This document shows positions 18,516 through 28,603 of a stretch of DNA of 64,000 bases, piece by piece. The notes below the pieces were generated by a model. That model worked only from the letters and a program-made list of their open reading frames with translations. It was not told the DNA's origin and did not search any database. The first letter of the stretch is position 1, and the number at the start of each line of letters is the position of its first letter. A program made the translations under genes and the position numbers. The stretch is from a bacterium (GTDB lineage: Bacteria > Pseudomonadota > Alphaproteobacteria > Rs-D84). Where the stretch lies: positions 54,918-118,917 of the forward strand of contig JAAVBP010000004.1 in NCBI GenBank assembly GCA_014803525.1. The letters are read 5' to 3'.

Positions 18516-19025
18516 TTAATACCGCCCGATACAGCCCAAATACGAATTGCCCGTTGATTCCAGTATATTTATAAACGGCGCGGGACTTTTCCCAGAAAAC
18601 AGTGCCAGGATCGTACCACTGTCGGTCGCCAACATATCGGAAACCGTGGCAATACCAGAATTCATCTTTTTAAAAAAACCGCTGGCCGGGTAAATTTCAG
18701 CCGCGAACAAATGTGTACCCCCGCGTGCACGGGCATGGTGCACACCTTCGATCACCATTAACTGACATTCCGGGGAAATAATTAATTTATCGGTTACAAC
18801 CGCCGTCCCCCCCAGTAATTCGCCCCACCATCCGGTCGATTCGCAAAACACGGGATAGTATACGCGTGCATCCGGATTTTCGGCAAATATACCCGCCAAA
18901 TCCAAATCACCCGCCGCCAAACGTGGCATAACGCCGGTAGTACTGCTTACCACTTTGCGCGCCAGATGATATTCTGCATCACCCTTGGTATTACGTGGCC
19001 AGTAAAGAATCGGAAACGTCTTCAT
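18516..19025 (-). CDS. hypothetical protein (downstream of membrane paralog P0)
   Basis: ORF co-directional with and adjacent to 19094..20389. Confidence 0.45.
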   Translation of the reverse strand: MKTFPILYWPRNTKGDAEYHLARKVVSSTTGVMPRLAAGDLDLAGIFAENPDARVYYPVFCESTGWWGELLGGTAVVTDKLIISPECQLMVIEGVHHARARGGTHLFAAEIYPASGFFKKMNSGIATVSDMLATDSGTILALFSGKSPAPFINILESTGNSYLGCIGRY

Positions 19026-19093
19026 TGCTATGAATTATATCAGATTCGGATGCATCAAAAAAGTACCACACGTTAAATAAAGCACTTGATTTT

Positions 19094-20389
19094 TTATTTT
19101 TTTATCGCCTCGTACCACTTTTTCGCACTATTCCACATGATATTTATGTTGTTTTTCGCCGTCTGATAGAACTTGTCCGATATCTGAATATTAAATAACG
19201 TCTTGACCAGTGCTGGAATCATCGTCATAAACATTGAAATAAATATACCCATCATCAGGATTGTTATCACACTGTCGTTGCGCATCATCAGTCCATCCAT
19301 CAAAATTCGCGAATCGTTTTGCGCCAATGCCATTCCTAATCGCGATGCCCCACCCCATTTGCCGAACACCGCATTTAAAAACATTATCGCAAACGTCAGG
19401 AATACACCCGTCATTGCAATACCGACGGTGCCCTTTATAACATCGTCAATCATCTGTTTTATGGTGCGGCCACCCTGGGGAAAAATCTGCCATCCAGAAA
19501 ACAACCACCCCATCAGCATCAATGGCAACATAATTAAATCCATCGCCAACGTTATAAATATTTCCAGGAAATACACCGGGATCGGCAACAACGCCATAAT
19601 AAACAACACCAATATGGTCAGACCCGCAAAAAATATCGGCACATTTGGAAAAATCGGAATTCCCCACATTATCTTGTGCATATATTCCGAATCAAACGCC
19701 ATGTTCAACATCGCCCACCCTATCGTCATCCCCAGGCCGGTTATCTGGTGAACATTTCCAACCTCGCACGCCAGGTTATATCGCAGCATTGGCGAAAACG
19801 CCCCGGCATCCGCCGACGCCGATGTGGAAATCGCCGGATCTGCCATTGCGGTGGCAACAACGCATTCTGTAAAATTACCATCACCGCCGATATTTGCGGC
19901 AATATGATTCACAGACAGACCGACTGTAAATATCGGTTGGATAACAATTGAACTGATCATACGGGGCAACGGCATCACCAGAACCGCACACACCAATCCC
20001 AATTTTATCAAATGCACCCCGAAATCAGACGTAATCGACCACGGCTGATCTATTTTTGCATTTATGAATCCGGAAAAAATCTTCCATCCAAACCACACAC
20101 ATGACAAAATTACAACAAATGGAATTATCACAGTGCCCAGCGCACTGTACGCCTTGGGCAACAAATCAGACATAGTGGCCATAACACCACTGAACATGTC
20201 ACACGACCAACAGGTTGAAAAAAACGACAGCGCATCCGACATATCAAACGGTACCGCATTACGATATACTGAAAATCCAACTATTCCGACCGCACCCGCA
20301 ATTCCACCGACAATAAATGGCGCGACCGCCCCGGCAGACAACGGCAAGAACGACAAAAATACAATCCAAAATTTTTTTAATGCGCTCAT
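19094..20389 (-). CDS. polytopic membrane protein, paralog P0 of a 5-member family (VirB6/TrbL-like hypothesis)
   Basis: Start at the internal Met (MSALKKFWIVFLSFLPLSAGAVAP, signal-like); many transmembrane helices; CWSC motif shared with paralogs; hydrophilic C-terminus. Confidence 0.6.
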   Translation of the reverse strand: MSALKKFWIVFLSFLPLSAGAVAPFIVGGIAGAVGIVGFSVYRNAVPFDMSDALSFFSTCWSCDMFSGVMATMSDLLPKAYSALGTVIIPFVVILSCVWFGWKIFSGFINAKIDQPWSITSDFGVHLIKLGLVCAVLVMPLPRMISSIVIQPIFTVGLSVNHIAANIGGDGNFTECVVATAMADPAISTSASADAGAFSPMLRYNLACEVGNVHQITGLGMTIGWAMLNMAFDSEYMHKIMWGIPIFPNVPIFFAGLTILVLFIMALLPIPVYFLEIFITLAMDLIMLPLMLMGWLFSGWQIFPQGGRTIKQMIDDVIKGTVGIAMTGVFLTFAIMFLNAVFGKWGGASRLGMALAQNDSRILMDGLMMRNDSVITILMMGIFISMFMTMIPALVKTLFNIQISDKFYQTAKNNINIMWNSAKKWYEAIKK

Positions 20390-20399
20390 TGCTTTTAAG

Positions 20400-20429
20400 T
20401 ATATCACATTTTGTCCCAAATGTGATATA
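20400..20429. promoter_or_regulatory. perfect 12-6-12 inverted repeat (TATATCACATTT-tgtccc-AAATGTGATATA) in the divergent promoter region
   Basis: Seen directly in the sequence; lies between the start codons at 20389 (minus) and 20451 (plus). Confidence 0.65.
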
Positions 20430-20450
20430 ATTGAAAAAAATATATTATAA

Positions 20451-21743
20451 ATGAAAACGTTGCACAGAATCTTATCCGGAACATTGTTGGCATGTATTAT
20501 GCTGTGCCCGTGCGCCGCGCATGCCGAATGGGGCATCGTGGACAGCCTGAATCTGGCGCCGTTTGTTCCACTGGTTTTGGATGCGTTTATGACGGTTGCA
20601 ACCGGCGGATATGAATTCTTGGTTCGTGACACAAATGGCCACATGGGAATTATATACGTTCTGATATGGGGATTTTTAGCCATATCTATGGGGTTGTATC
20701 TGGTAAAGATGTACTTTCCATCAAAATGGCTGGGCGTGTTTGGATTTTCCGGCGGCGGTGAAATGATTTCCGGCAAAGCAACCGGTATGACCATCGCACA
20801 AAACATGCTAAAGCCTGCCATGCGCGCAATTATCGCGGCGGTTGTTTTACTGCAGATAAAGCCGATATATGTAACAGAATGGCTGGTAAATCCATTTATG
20901 GAATTCGGCGCAATTTATACAGATGCCATCACCAGCGGGATTAACACCGGCGGCATTACGGGTGGCACCACAGAACCGGTCGAATGTCCGCAGGATATAC
21001 TGTCCCAGGGATGGATTTCCGCGCGCAGTTGCACATTCATAACCCAACCCGTTGCCGACATCAGTCACGTAAACAATCAAATGATAAAGCGCGGCCTGGA
21101 CTTTGTGCACCGTGGGCTGCGGGGATTAATCACACTGATCCCGCATGGCGGTACAGATTTCATGAATCTGGTATCAGGTATATTGTTGGTCGTGACATTT
21201 GTCGGATGCAATCTGTTTATGGCCCTGCTGATTATCCAGGCGATATTTGATTTCGGCATGTCGTTGATTCTGTATCCGTTCCAGGTTTTGACATGGGTCG
21301 CAAAACCAAAAAATCCAGACAAATGGTTTGATGTATGGCCGGCATTTTCTGGAATTATCAAGGCACTGCAGAGTATGGTTATAACCATGATTGCATGCGC
21401 GTTTATATTAACAATCAATATCGCAATTATACGCGCATTGTTTAATTGGAACAATTCTGTGTTTGTCGTGGCCGCTGGCGGCAGCGCGTCCAGCAACGTT
21501 CCCACCCCCGCGGGCACCGCCATGGGATTTGGCGAACATTCCATTTTATGGCTGTCTGCGATACTGACGTTTTATTTGATGTTGCGCATATTTAATTTAA
21601 CACGCGAAAGATTAAGTATGTACGCACCCGCCAAAGACACCATGTACAAAAAGGTAACCGGCGATACAAAACGTCTGTTGGGCGATGCCAAGAATTGGGG
21701 CAAAACAATCGGCCGGGCCGCTGGATGGATAAAGAAAAAATAA
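20451..21743 (+). CDS. polytopic membrane protein, paralog P1
   Basis: Signal peptide, at least 6 transmembrane helices, Lys-rich C-terminus. Confidence 0.65.
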   Translation: MKTLHRILSGTLLACIMLCPCAAHAEWGIVDSLNLAPFVPLVLDAFMTVATGGYEFLVRDTNGHMGIIYVLIWGFLAISMGLYLVKMYFPSKWLGVFGFSGGGEMISGKATGMTIAQNMLKPAMRAIIAAVVLLQIKPIYVTEWLVNPFMEFGAIYTDAITSGINTGGITGGTTEPVECPQDILSQGWISARSCTFITQPVADISHVNNQMIKRGLDFVHRGLRGLITLIPHGGTDFMNLVSGILLVVTFVGCNLFMALLIIQAIFDFGMSLILYPFQVLTWVAKPKNPDKWFDVWPAFSGIIKALQSMVITMIACAFILTINIAIIRALFNWNNSVFVVAAGGSASSNVPTPAGTAMGFGEHSILWLSAILTFYLMLRIFNLTRERLSMYAPAKDTMYKKVTGDTKRLLGDAKNWGKTIGRAAGWIKKK

Positions 21744-22919
21744 ATGAACAATGTGCTGAACCCTTTGATTGATGAAACGGTGCAATGTTGGGGTTGCCCG
21801 GTATTTGACCGCCTGTTTGGCGTGATATCCACCGCGGCGGCGGCCGTGTACGACCGGTTTGTGGTTATATGCGCCGTTTTGTTCTGTATATTGTTTGCAT
21901 TCTTTGCATTAAATGCGGTATGGAAAAACATTCGCGGCGGCGGCACTGATCCGTTTTATCAAAAATCACTGCGCCCGGTTATTATAAATTCAATTGTTGC
22001 ATTTTCATTGCTGGGACTTGGGGTGGCATTGCCCCGTTTTGTGTCGCAAATCACATTTGAACCGGTTGCCGATATAACAACAATTTATACACAAAGCATT
22101 TTGCAAACAGATGCGGACACCGTAAACGAACGCGTCACGTATCAACCCATGCCAATGCCGGATGATGGTTTCTATCGGCCCCAATTGCGTGATAAAATAA
22201 TACTGATTATGAAGACAACAATCACCCAGTTTCAATCATATATGAAACTGGGGCTGGCGGTGATAGATCGCGCATTCGAATGGGATGCCATGTTGGGGAT
22301 CGGGGCGTTTTTAAAACATATAATCATTCTGTTTTTAGGGATATATTTGTTTTATGGATTTTTCAAATTATTTATAAAGTTCTGTTTTTATTTTGCAGAT
22401 GTAATTATCGCAATGACATTTTTTGCATTCTTTTTCCCATTTTCTATAACCATGGTGGCATTCCGTGGCGCAGACGGACCAAAGTGGATGTCAGGGCTGG
22501 CCAAAAACGTTGGCACAGACCAATTTAAAAAAGTTGTTGGTGCCATAATCGGCCTGGCGGCAACAGTGTTAACATACACTGTGATGATGGTAATAATTGC
22601 AAAATATTTTTCCGCACCGGGCCAATCACCAACGGAATTAATGACACTTATCCAAGACGGCAATGTGTTTTCCGCCGACCTGAACGAAGACAACATTGCC
22701 CAGATTACGTTATTCAGTGCAATCGTTTTGGTTTATGTTCTGAACTTTATATATGAACAAATCCCCAAGGCAACACAAATGGTGCTTAGCGCGTTTGACG
22801 TCAGCACGGAAACCGCCCTTAGCGAGCAATTGGCCAATGACGCAATGCGGCTGACATCTGTGGCGGCCAGTTATATAAAAAACATTGGCGGCAAAATAAC
22901 AAACGGCGGTAATAAATGA
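21744..22919 (+). CDS. polytopic membrane protein, paralog P2
   Basis: Starts immediately after the P1 stop; CWGC motif; multiple transmembrane helices. Confidence 0.65.
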   Translation: MNNVLNPLIDETVQCWGCPVFDRLFGVISTAAAAVYDRFVVICAVLFCILFAFFALNAVWKNIRGGGTDPFYQKSLRPVIINSIVAFSLLGLGVALPRFVSQITFEPVADITTIYTQSILQTDADTVNERVTYQPMPMPDDGFYRPQLRDKIILIMKTTITQFQSYMKLGLAVIDRAFEWDAMLGIGAFLKHIIILFLGIYLFYGFFKLFIKFCFYFADVIIAMTFFAFFFPFSITMVAFRGADGPKWMSGLAKNVGTDQFKKVVGAIIGLAATVLTYTVMMVIIAKYFSAPGQSPTELMTLIQDGNVFSADLNEDNIAQITLFSAIVLVYVLNFIYEQIPKATQMVLSAFDVSTETALSEQLANDAMRLTSVAASYIKNIGGKITNGGNK

Positions 22920-24355
22920 AAGCGCAACTGATCATGATTGGCATACGACTGGTAATGGGTGCAATTGCGCTGGGGGTTGGTATATGGTATTTGTCATCAT
23001 CGATCGGCGGCGCGGCAATTACATATACCAGCATGGATAATTTCATGTCCGCCATCGGTGCATCCAATGATATTGCCGGCGCCAATGGATGCTTTATGTG
23101 CGGATATGTATCGGAACTGTTCGGTGTAATCGGACGTGCAACCGAAATGTTTTGGACAGCGATATTGGATTGGCTGTGGGTGCTGATGGCCCTGGGGTTT
23201 GGCGTATTTTTATTTATCAGTGCCATCCAGCATATATTCGCCGCCGCCAAAGACACCGCAAAAGTGGATGCCAACGAAAAAAAATTGGAATTCAAATCCT
23301 GGTTTGACAAGGTCTGGCGCCAAGGCGCGCGCATAATGATTGTTGGCGCGATGATTGGGGCACTGGGCATGGGCGGAACAACCGCACTGAGAAGTGTTGC
23401 AAGCGTAACAATTACACCCGTAATGTTTGTGGGCGCTGAATTATCCATGGCGGCGACCGGCACAGGATCCGCTGCACAATGTAATGCCATTCGCACATCA
23501 GCCAATGATGCAGGCGATATTCTAAACCCGATAATGGGCCCGTTTATGTGCGTCGTCGGAAATTTAAACAGTGTAATGTTGGCGGGCGCGGCCGGCGGAT
23601 TTGCATTGATGAACTATGCGTGGATGGGAATGGGCGGCGGAATATTTACGTGGGTCGCGGGATTGGCACTGGTTCTGATGTTTTTGGTGATTGGATTTAA
23701 TTTATTTTTCCAGGTTCTGTCGGTCGTATTTAAACTGGTGTTTTTGATAATATTCCTGCCGTTCTTTTTGGCGGCCGCCGCATTTGAAAAGACATGGAAG
23801 ATGGCATCGGGCCTGACCAGTAATGCGATAAACATGCTGGTAAAATCCGCAGTGCAAATTGTCGGTATCACATTAAAAGTATTAATTATTTACGCAACCG
23901 TGTCATATGCCGCCGATGAATTTTTCCCCGGCCCCGCCGATGGATACAGTGCGATTTTTCCACCAATCCTTAGTGCAACACCACAAAACCCAGACGCACA
24001 AACAATGTCCGTGATACAGGTATTTTCAGAATGCGAACGCGTGGCAACGATCGGCGGCGAAATGGATGCGGATGCATTCAAAAACTGTTTTGTCACCCGC
24101 AAAGCATCGGTTGAACAACAATACCCCGGCGCATTTGATTTCATGTCCGATGGGTGGGATTTCCTGATGTTGATGATTGGATTATTCCTGTTGTATTTCT
24201 ATGTTGTTGAACCGCGTGTGAACAAGATACTGGCCGCCCCCGGCAAGGATGAATTTGACTTTGGCACATGGACCAAAGATTTAGGCAAAAAGATATGGTC
24301 GGCACCCACACAAATATTTGGCGCCGTGTCCAAGGCAATGGGCAAAAAGGACTGA
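22916..24355 (+). CDS. polytopic membrane protein, paralog P3
   Basis: ATGA overlap with P2 (translational coupling); CFMC motif; multiple transmembrane helices. Confidence 0.65.
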   Translation: MKAQLIMIGIRLVMGAIALGVGIWYLSSSIGGAAITYTSMDNFMSAIGASNDIAGANGCFMCGYVSELFGVIGRATEMFWTAILDWLWVLMALGFGVFLFISAIQHIFAAAKDTAKVDANEKKLEFKSWFDKVWRQGARIMIVGAMIGALGMGGTTALRSVASVTITPVMFVGAELSMAATGTGSAAQCNAIRTSANDAGDILNPIMGPFMCVVGNLNSVMLAGAAGGFALMNYAWMGMGGGIFTWVAGLALVLMFLVIGFNLFFQVLSVVFKLVFLIIFLPFFLAAAAFEKTWKMASGLTSNAINMLVKSAVQIVGITLKVLIIYATVSYAADEFFPGPADGYSAIFPPILSATPQNPDAQTMSVIQVFSECERVATIGGEMDADAFKNCFVTRKASVEQQYPGAFDFMSDGWDFLMLMIGLFLLYFYVVEPRVNKILAAPGKDEFDFGTWTKDLGKKIWSAPTQIFGAVSKAMGKKD

Positions 24356-24359
24356 CGCG

Positions 24360-25670
24360 ATGAAATGGCCAAATAAATTTTTAAAGAAAATTATCACGTG
24401 CCTGGTCGTGGCAACATTGGTTTTTTCCGCGGCGCACGCGGCCGGAAACCTGCCCGGCGCCGCAGGTGGCGACATTGGCGATTATGGCGCATGGACAACA
24501 CCAAACAATCGCGAACAAATCACAGGCGCCATGTCACGCGACCTGGATGCATTTCAATCTGAATTTCAAACCCAGGTTATAGATAATTATGTCCCGATCG
24601 AGGCCAAAGTCGGCATCGCATTTATAAACGGCATGGCGTATATAGGCCGCGTTTTGGACGGTTCACTGGTGCGTTTTATGACAATATTCATATTGATAAT
24701 GTTCATATTCTGGGTCAGTTTTGAGGCATACCAGATTATAACCGGCACCACAGAAATTAAAAAGTCAATCGAAGGCATCGTCAAAAAAGGCGGCATGATT
24801 GCAATATGGTTAATCGTACTGCAATTTGGTGCCGCACAAATTTTCATGTGGGTGATGGGCCCGATTATAACCATCGGCACATATACATCGGATTTAATTT
24901 TGAATGCGGTAACATCAACCGCGGGCGCATCCCTGCCGGACACATGTGGCGCGATACGCGAATACGCCGCCACGCACGTATCAAACGCCGCCATTGTCGA
25001 TGCAAATGCGGCGGCAGATTTGATATGTTTGCCAACGCGACTGTCCGGATTTTTCTATACCGCCGTGGCGGTTGGATTTAAATGGATGTTGCTTGGGATC
25101 GGGTTCAGTGCCCTGACCTTTATGGCGGGTGCGATATTTGTAGTGGTGTTTTTAATTTTGATTTGGAAATTTGCATTGCTGGCACTTGGCGTGATTGCAG
25201 ATCTATTTTTAGCCGTATTCATGTTGCCGTTCACCGCGGTCGCGGAAACAATTGGTCAAACATCGTACAAGGGAATCGCCGGCAACATATTCAACGGATT
25301 TTTAAAAATATTTAATGCAGAATCATTATCAACACAAATCGGACGCTTTATTAACGCGGCATTGTTCTTTGTGTCTTATTCAATTGTGATCGCGGTATGC
25401 GCGGCATTGATGACCGGTATAATTGATGTTAAATTATCGGCCGTCACACCATTGATAAACACCGATCAATGGATTATCGTTATACTGATCGGGGCACTGG
25501 TATGGTATCTGGCGGACAAGGCATCGAAAATCGCAAAAGATCTGGGCGGCAATATCGACGACAACATCGGCCAGCAATTTGGCAAAGATATCGTAACCTG
25601 GGCCAAGGATATTCAGAAAACATATCAGAAATATCGCAAATTATACCAAGACAGCAAAAAATCATCTTAG
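24360..25670 (+). CDS. polytopic membrane protein, paralog P4
   Basis: Start MKWPNKFLKK... with signal peptide, 5 nt after the P3 stop. Confidence 0.65.
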   Translation: MKWPNKFLKKIITCLVVATLVFSAAHAAGNLPGAAGGDIGDYGAWTTPNNREQITGAMSRDLDAFQSEFQTQVIDNYVPIEAKVGIAFINGMAYIGRVLDGSLVRFMTIFILIMFIFWVSFEAYQIITGTTEIKKSIEGIVKKGGMIAIWLIVLQFGAAQIFMWVMGPIITIGTYTSDLILNAVTSTAGASLPDTCGAIREYAATHVSNAAIVDANAAADLICLPTRLSGFFYTAVAVGFKWMLLGIGFSALTFMAGAIFVVVFLILIWKFALLALGVIADLFLAVFMLPFTAVAETIGQTSYKGIAGNIFNGFLKIFNAESLSTQIGRFINAALFFVSYSIVIAVCAALMTGIIDVKLSAVTPLINTDQWIIVILIGALVWYLADKASKIAKDLGGNIDDNIGQQFGKDIVTWAKDIQKTYQKYRKLYQDSKKSS

Positions 25671-27748
25671 GATTCAAAGGTTAAAAATTCGCGTGCAACC
25701 TTTTTTATCCCACGGGATGAAAATGCAACCGTTATGATGTTACCACTGTCTTCTATAACAACGCCGCGGCCCATCTGGGCATGCGAAACCAATCGCCCGA
25801 CACTGTTTGCGCTGGCGCGTGGCGCCGGCCGACGATATTTGTTTGCATATGTGTTTGGCGTATATGACGATGCCGCGCGGCGCGGCGTGCCACCCTGGAA
25901 ATCCAAAAATCGGCCGTCAATTTCCGCGATAAAGCGACTGGGGGAATTATACTTTTGTTCACCAAACAACCGCCGCGCCATCGTGTTTATAATAATTGCA
26001 CGCCGGCGGCCGCGCGTTATCGCAACATATGCCAGACGTCGTTCTTCTTCCAGTGCGCCCTCCTCCACGGTTTTGTCGTTGGGGAATAATCCCTCTTCCC
26101 AGGCGGGCAAAAAAACCGTATCGAACTCTAACCCCTTGGCCGCGTGAATTGTCATAATTGAAACAGTACCAATATTACCCGCCGCCGAATCCGCATCATC
26201 ATCGGTCATCATTAGGGCGGCCTGCTCTAAAAATTCGGCCAATGTTTCATACTTTGCAATAACGTTTGTAATCAATTCGCGCAGGTTATCTAAACGCTCC
26301 GCCGCGTCTGCATCTTTGGATTCGCGCCACATTTGCATATATCCCACGCGTTCCAGCAACGTTTGCGCCGCCGCGTCTGGTGTCATCCCCGCCCAGTCAA
26401 AATTATACGCATCTAAAAAGCTATCTGCCGCAGCGCGTTGTTTCGGCGAAAGTGTCGCAGACCGCAATCCCGCCATCATGTTTGGCCCCGCCGTACGCAG
26501 TTTGTCCAATGCCGCCGCGCCAAACCCGCGTCGCGGCTTTGCGATGATACGCTGAAAAGAAATGTCATCAAACGGATAGACCAGCAATCGGATATACGCA
26601 ATCGCATCCCGGATTTCCGCACGATCATAAAACTTCGTCGCACCGACCAAACGATACGGAATTCCGCGACGCGAAAATTCTTCTTCGAACAAGCGTGACA
26701 GTGCGCCCGCACGAATTAAAACCGCAAATTTGCCAAATTCCGTGCCATCACGTAAAATGGCGTCGGCGACAACACGCGCCTCGTCCCAATCGGATGGTAC
26801 GGTCAAAACATAAACCGGTTCGCCCGCGCCCACACCCGGCGCGGCACACAAATCTTTGCCCAAACGTCCCCGATTTCGCCGTATTAATGAATTCGCCGCC
26901 CCCAAGATATTTCCCGTACTGCGATAATTTGTTTCCAATCGAATGATTTGCACATTATCAAACGTCTTGTCAAAATTCAGGATATGTTTTATTTCCGCCC
27001 CACGCCAAGAATAAATCGATTGATCATCATCACCGACACAGCAAATATTTGGTGACGTCGTCCCACGTGTTAACATTTCCAAAAACTCCATCTGGGCGTG
27101 ATTGGTATCCTGGAATTCGTCGACCAAAATATATTTAAACTGATTTTGATACCGCGCCAGTATTTCAGGATTTGAATCAAATAGTTTCAATACCAATAAA
27201 ATAATATCGCCAAAATCAACCGCATTCAAACGGCGCAATTCCGCATTATACGCCTGATACATTTTATCGGAATTTTCCAGCGCTGACAACCCCTTGTCCT
27301 TGATCGAAGAAAAACGTTCAATATAGTCGCCGGGCGTTTTGGCGGATAACCCCATCGTTGTCAAAATATTTTTTACCACCGCCTTTTGGTCATCATCGCC
27401 AAAGATTACAAAGTCACGATCCAATCCCGCCGCCGCATAATTTGCCCGCAAAATTCGCAATGCCACCGAATGAAACGTCCCACACCACAAATCGCGCGCC
27501 GAAAACACATCACCGTCACCGGCAAATTCTGCAATTCGGGCCTTCATTTCATTTGCGGCCTTGTTAGTAAATGTCAGGGCCAACACCTGCCACGGGGCGG
27601 CAAGATTCTGATCCAAAATATATGCAACGCGCGTGGTCAACACCCGCGTCTTGCCCGTCCCCGCCCCCGACAGCACCAACAACGGTCCATCGGTTGTGGT
27701 GACCGCCGCGCGTTGCGCATCATTAAGATTTTCTAGCATTAAATTCAT
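25667..27748 (-). CDS. uvrD: ATP-dependent DNA helicase, UvrD/Rep family
   Basis: Walker A motif GAGTGKTRVL; UvrD helicase motifs throughout. Confidence 0.85.
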   Translation of the reverse strand: MNLMLENLNDAQRAAVTTTDGPLLVLSGAGTGKTRVLTTRVAYILDQNLAAPWQVLALTFTNKAANEMKARIAEFAGDGDVFSARDLWCGTFHSVALRILRANYAAAGLDRDFVIFGDDDQKAVVKNILTTMGLSAKTPGDYIERFSSIKDKGLSALENSDKMYQAYNAELRRLNAVDFGDIILLVLKLFDSNPEILARYQNQFKYILVDEFQDTNHAQMEFLEMLTRGTTSPNICCVGDDDQSIYSWRGAEIKHILNFDKTFDNVQIIRLETNYRSTGNILGAANSLIRRNRGRLGKDLCAAPGVGAGEPVYVLTVPSDWDEARVVADAILRDGTEFGKFAVLIRAGALSRLFEEEFSRRGIPYRLVGATKFYDRAEIRDAIAYIRLLVYPFDDISFQRIIAKPRRGFGAAALDKLRTAGPNMMAGLRSATLSPKQRAAADSFLDAYNFDWAGMTPDAAAQTLLERVGYMQMWRESKDADAAERLDNLRELITNVIAKYETLAEFLEQAALMMTDDDADSAAGNIGTVSIMTIHAAKGLEFDTVFLPAWEEGLFPNDKTVEEGALEEERRLAYVAITRGRRRAIIINTMARRLFGEQKYNSPSRFIAEIDGRFLDFQGGTPRRAASSYTPNTYANKYRRPAPRASANSVGRLVSHAQMGRGVVIEDSGNIITVAFSSRGIKKVAREFLTFES

Positions 27749-27801
27749 GATGTTATTATAATGCATCCGGCACAGCATATCAAAGGGGAAATAAAAAAAA
27801 C

Positions 27802-28479
27802 ATGAAACGCATTATTTGCTTTGACATTGAAACAACCGGATTTGAATACATGCGCGGCGACCGATGCATTGAAATCGGCGCGGTAGAGGTGATTGACGGC
27901 CACATTACCGACAAAACGTTTCATGAATATATTAACCCCGAAGGTAAAATCATCCCCCCTGAAACATACATGGTTCACAAAATTTCCAACGCATTTTTGG
28001 AAGACAAACCAAAAATGAAGGATGTTGCGCCACGATTTTTAGAATTCATTGCCGATTCCCCGATTGTTGCGCACAACGGTCTGGACTTTGACTTTCCATT
28101 TGTAAATTTTGAATTGGCAAAATTAAACCTGCCCCAAATTCCGCGCAGCCAACAGGTGGATTCATTGGTACTGGCACGCAATCGCGTGTTTGGCCCCAAA
28201 AGTTATACTTTGGACGCATTGGCAAAATGGTATGGAATTTCACTGACCGCGCGTGCGGACGCGCACGGGGCGTTAATCGACTCGGAAATTCTGGCCAAGG
28301 TTTATTTGGAATTGGAAAACACGGCGCCGGCACCCGATGTTGCGGACGTAATCGCCGAACAACACGCGGCATTTTTGGCGCATCCGAAAATTGGTGCCAA
28401 TTTTCCGCGACGCACATTCCCCGCACCCGCCGATGACGTTGCCGCACATGATGAATTCATCGCAAAAATCACCGCATAA
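27802..28479 (+). CDS. dnaQ: DNA polymerase III epsilon subunit (3'-5' exonuclease)
   Basis: FDIETTG Exo I motif, HNGLDFDFPF Exo II motif. Confidence 0.85.
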   Translation: MKRIICFDIETTGFEYMRGDRCIEIGAVEVIDGHITDKTFHEYINPEGKIIPPETYMVHKISNAFLEDKPKMKDVAPRFLEFIADSPIVAHNGLDFDFPFVNFELAKLNLPQIPRSQQVDSLVLARNRVFGPKSYTLDALAKWYGISLTARADAHGALIDSEILAKVYLELENTAPAPDVADVIAEQHAAFLAHPKIGANFPRRTFPAPADDVAAHDEFIAKITA

Positions 28480-28603
28480 CAGCTGGAAAATTCCGTTTTT
28501 TTGGCCGACGGCCTGCTCTGTTTGGATACACCACTTGTAAACAAAGGCAACGTTGGTACGTTCCAAGATCGGACTAATTACCCCGCCCCGATGGCTGGCC
28601 CCA

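Noticed and set aside
19203-19951. Plus-strand ORFs of 182, 75 and 91 aa within paralog P0
   Set aside because: They are antisense to the long membrane-protein ORF and have Ile/Asn-rich shadow translations.
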